Assembly: GCF_018977255.1 (NCBI RefSeq)
Contig: NW_024704742.1
Location: 102,302,001-102,366,000, forward strand
Length of the DNA stretch: 64,000 nt
Direction of reading: 5' to 3'
DNA from: Callorhinchus milii
Taxonomy: Eukaryota
The position numbers and the translations under genes are program-made. Positions 62,155 to 64,000 of this stretch are shown here, one piece after another. How positions within the stretch are numbered: the stretch's first letter is position 1; every line of letters begins with the position of its first letter. The notes under the pieces were generated by a model. That model saw only the letters and a list, made by a program, of their open reading frames with translations. It did no database searches and was not told the DNA's origin.

Positions 62155-64000
62155 GTGAGTGTGACTGATTTCAGTGACGTGCTGGGGCCTGGAACAGTAG
62201 AAGCAATGAGGTCAGTGAGAAGATGCAGTGCAACTGGCCTCATATTATTGAGATTCTCCAAAACTTTTGAATGTGAATGTATTCCATAGACTTTTCCTGA
62301 TTTCTCAGGGAAGACCCTAATTCTACGAAGGCACGGAGCAATTGTTTGGAAGCTCGGTGCTGGGCTCTCATAAGAATGGCCTTTTATGTGTGCATCTTTT
62401 TCCCAGCAACTGGAGGTTAGACTTAGCTGCTGACCTTTTCTGGAGGCTACAGCATTGCATTTGTGCAAAGTGCATGAGACACCGCTAGCCGGTAAAGCAG
62501 TCCTGAATACTGTGGAGTTTCTCACAGGTACTGCACTTAGAAGCTTCTTTTTATTTTTCATAAAGTGTCTTGCTGATCTCCTAAAAGGTAAGACTTAGAA
62601 CAAGTTAATGTTATCATTTTCCTTGCACAGCTCAAAGTAATTACCACTATTCTCTTGTATGATGAAGCCTGGGTTTCAGAATGCTAAATAGTCTTTGTTG
62701 TTGATGATAAAAGCCTGCCATAATAATTGGGATGAACACCTGTATGACACCTGAACAAAAGGGCACGAAAGGTGTTTTCACAGACGTGCTTCAGCCGATG
62801 AAAAACGATGCAGATTAGTTGAGGCTTAACGTTCTCTTTTATCATATTAAATGTTTCAAAAAACTTATATACATCAAATGAATCATTTACTGCATGAGAG
62901 GGAACACACTTGTGAGCTATTATTAGCACTTTATGGCCTGGAATATTGTTTCTCCTTCAGCCTTTACAGATTACATCAATTCATCTTTAAGGTAATGGGA
63001 ATTTGTGAATGTAGTACGCAAAGATATGGATGTGCTTTTCTGCACACTAATTTTAATTGACCGGTTTTCACATCACTGTTGAAATAAGCAATAACTTCCA
63101 ATATGCAATCTAAGTCGGGTGGTAAAGACGATAAAAAAATATTGCCCGAGATCTAATTATTTAAATAAATCTTGTTTTAATAACCAAGTATTTTGGAAAG
63201 TATTGTTATTTGGAAAAAGAAGAAGAGTTGCAAGAGATATACCTTGTTTCACTATGTTGACAGAACCTACAAGTCGAGTAAACCCCCACCAAAAGCACAA
63301 AATTGATTAACTCCCTGAAAAATTTGCCAACATGTATCTGGTTGGGAGTAGTGCTGGAGATTATAATAACAGTAATTCTGGCATTTGGTATAGCAACTTT
63401 CAGGAGGGCGTTTCAAAGTGCTTAACAGGATTCGCTGTGAAGACGAGCGACTGTGTATTTGTAGGTGAATGTAGCAGCTCATTTGCACATAGCAATCGGG
63501 CTCCGCCACTGTTAAGTGCTCCAAGACGCCATCCGGGGTGAAGGGCACTGTATAAATGCAAGTTGTTTTTGTAGCAACGTCCTACATACAGCCATGAAAC
63601 GAATGACCATGTTGTATTTGGAGTATTGTTCGCCATGTTGCATATTGCTTTAATGACTAATTGGCAATTGGACATTGTCAATGAAAAGCAAGCAAGTATA
63701 AAAAGATTCTAGGAAAGTGAGTGGGCAGAGTGTGGAAGAGAGTGTAAGTGTAAGGTTTAAATAAAGGAACCAGTGAATCTAAACTGTGTTCTGAATTAAC
63801 AAACATTGCATGGTGTCAGAAGTGAAAACAGAATCTTGGAAGTTTAAGGCATAATTGGCAATAGTTTGAAAGAGACTTTAACATTTTTGGATTAATAGCA
63901 AACATAATGAAACTGTCTGCGAACAACAGTCTGCGATTTTTTTGAACGTGGCCGGTGTGGAAGCAAGGAAATATTTTGCAACCCTAGAAAGGTGGACATG

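Noticed and set aside
62145..62561. 138-aa minus-strand ORF
   Set aside because: No recognisable domain or supporting splice or promoter context; it overlaps + strand splice signals.
1..64000. CRISPR array, operon, retron or other prokaryotic or viral system
   Set aside because: No regularly spaced repeats or gene-dense ORFs; all RT sequence belongs to vertebrate LINE clades.

Overview
Eukaryotic, AT-rich, repeat-dense DNA, most likely from a cartilaginous fish. This inference rests on the repeat set: L2 and CR1 LINEs, SacSINE1/DeuSINE-like SINEs, a Penelope-like element and Tx1/L1; no database search was run. There is no intact single-exon gene, and almost every long ORF in the track is a retrotransposon remnant. 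The window holds two head-to-tail Tx1 copies, a nearly full-length CR1 ORF2, about a dozen L2 3' fragments of two tail types, about ten copies of a tRNA-Ala-headed SINE that shares the L2 3' stem-loop, and Penelope remnants with degenerate hammerhead motifs. Several insertions are nested up to three layers deep with visible target-site duplications (TSDs). The non-repeat DNA looks like intron of a large + strand gene. It carries a scattered set of short (6-78 nt) candidate exons with lengths divisible by 3, many open only in phase 2, which may be an array of cassette exons or microexons of a host gene I could not identify. Local rearrangement scars include a 70-bp-arm fold-back hairpin inside a CR1, a 76-bp templated insertion and a ~590-bp tandem duplication. 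Repeat boundaries were read by eye and are approximate unless a TSD is given.
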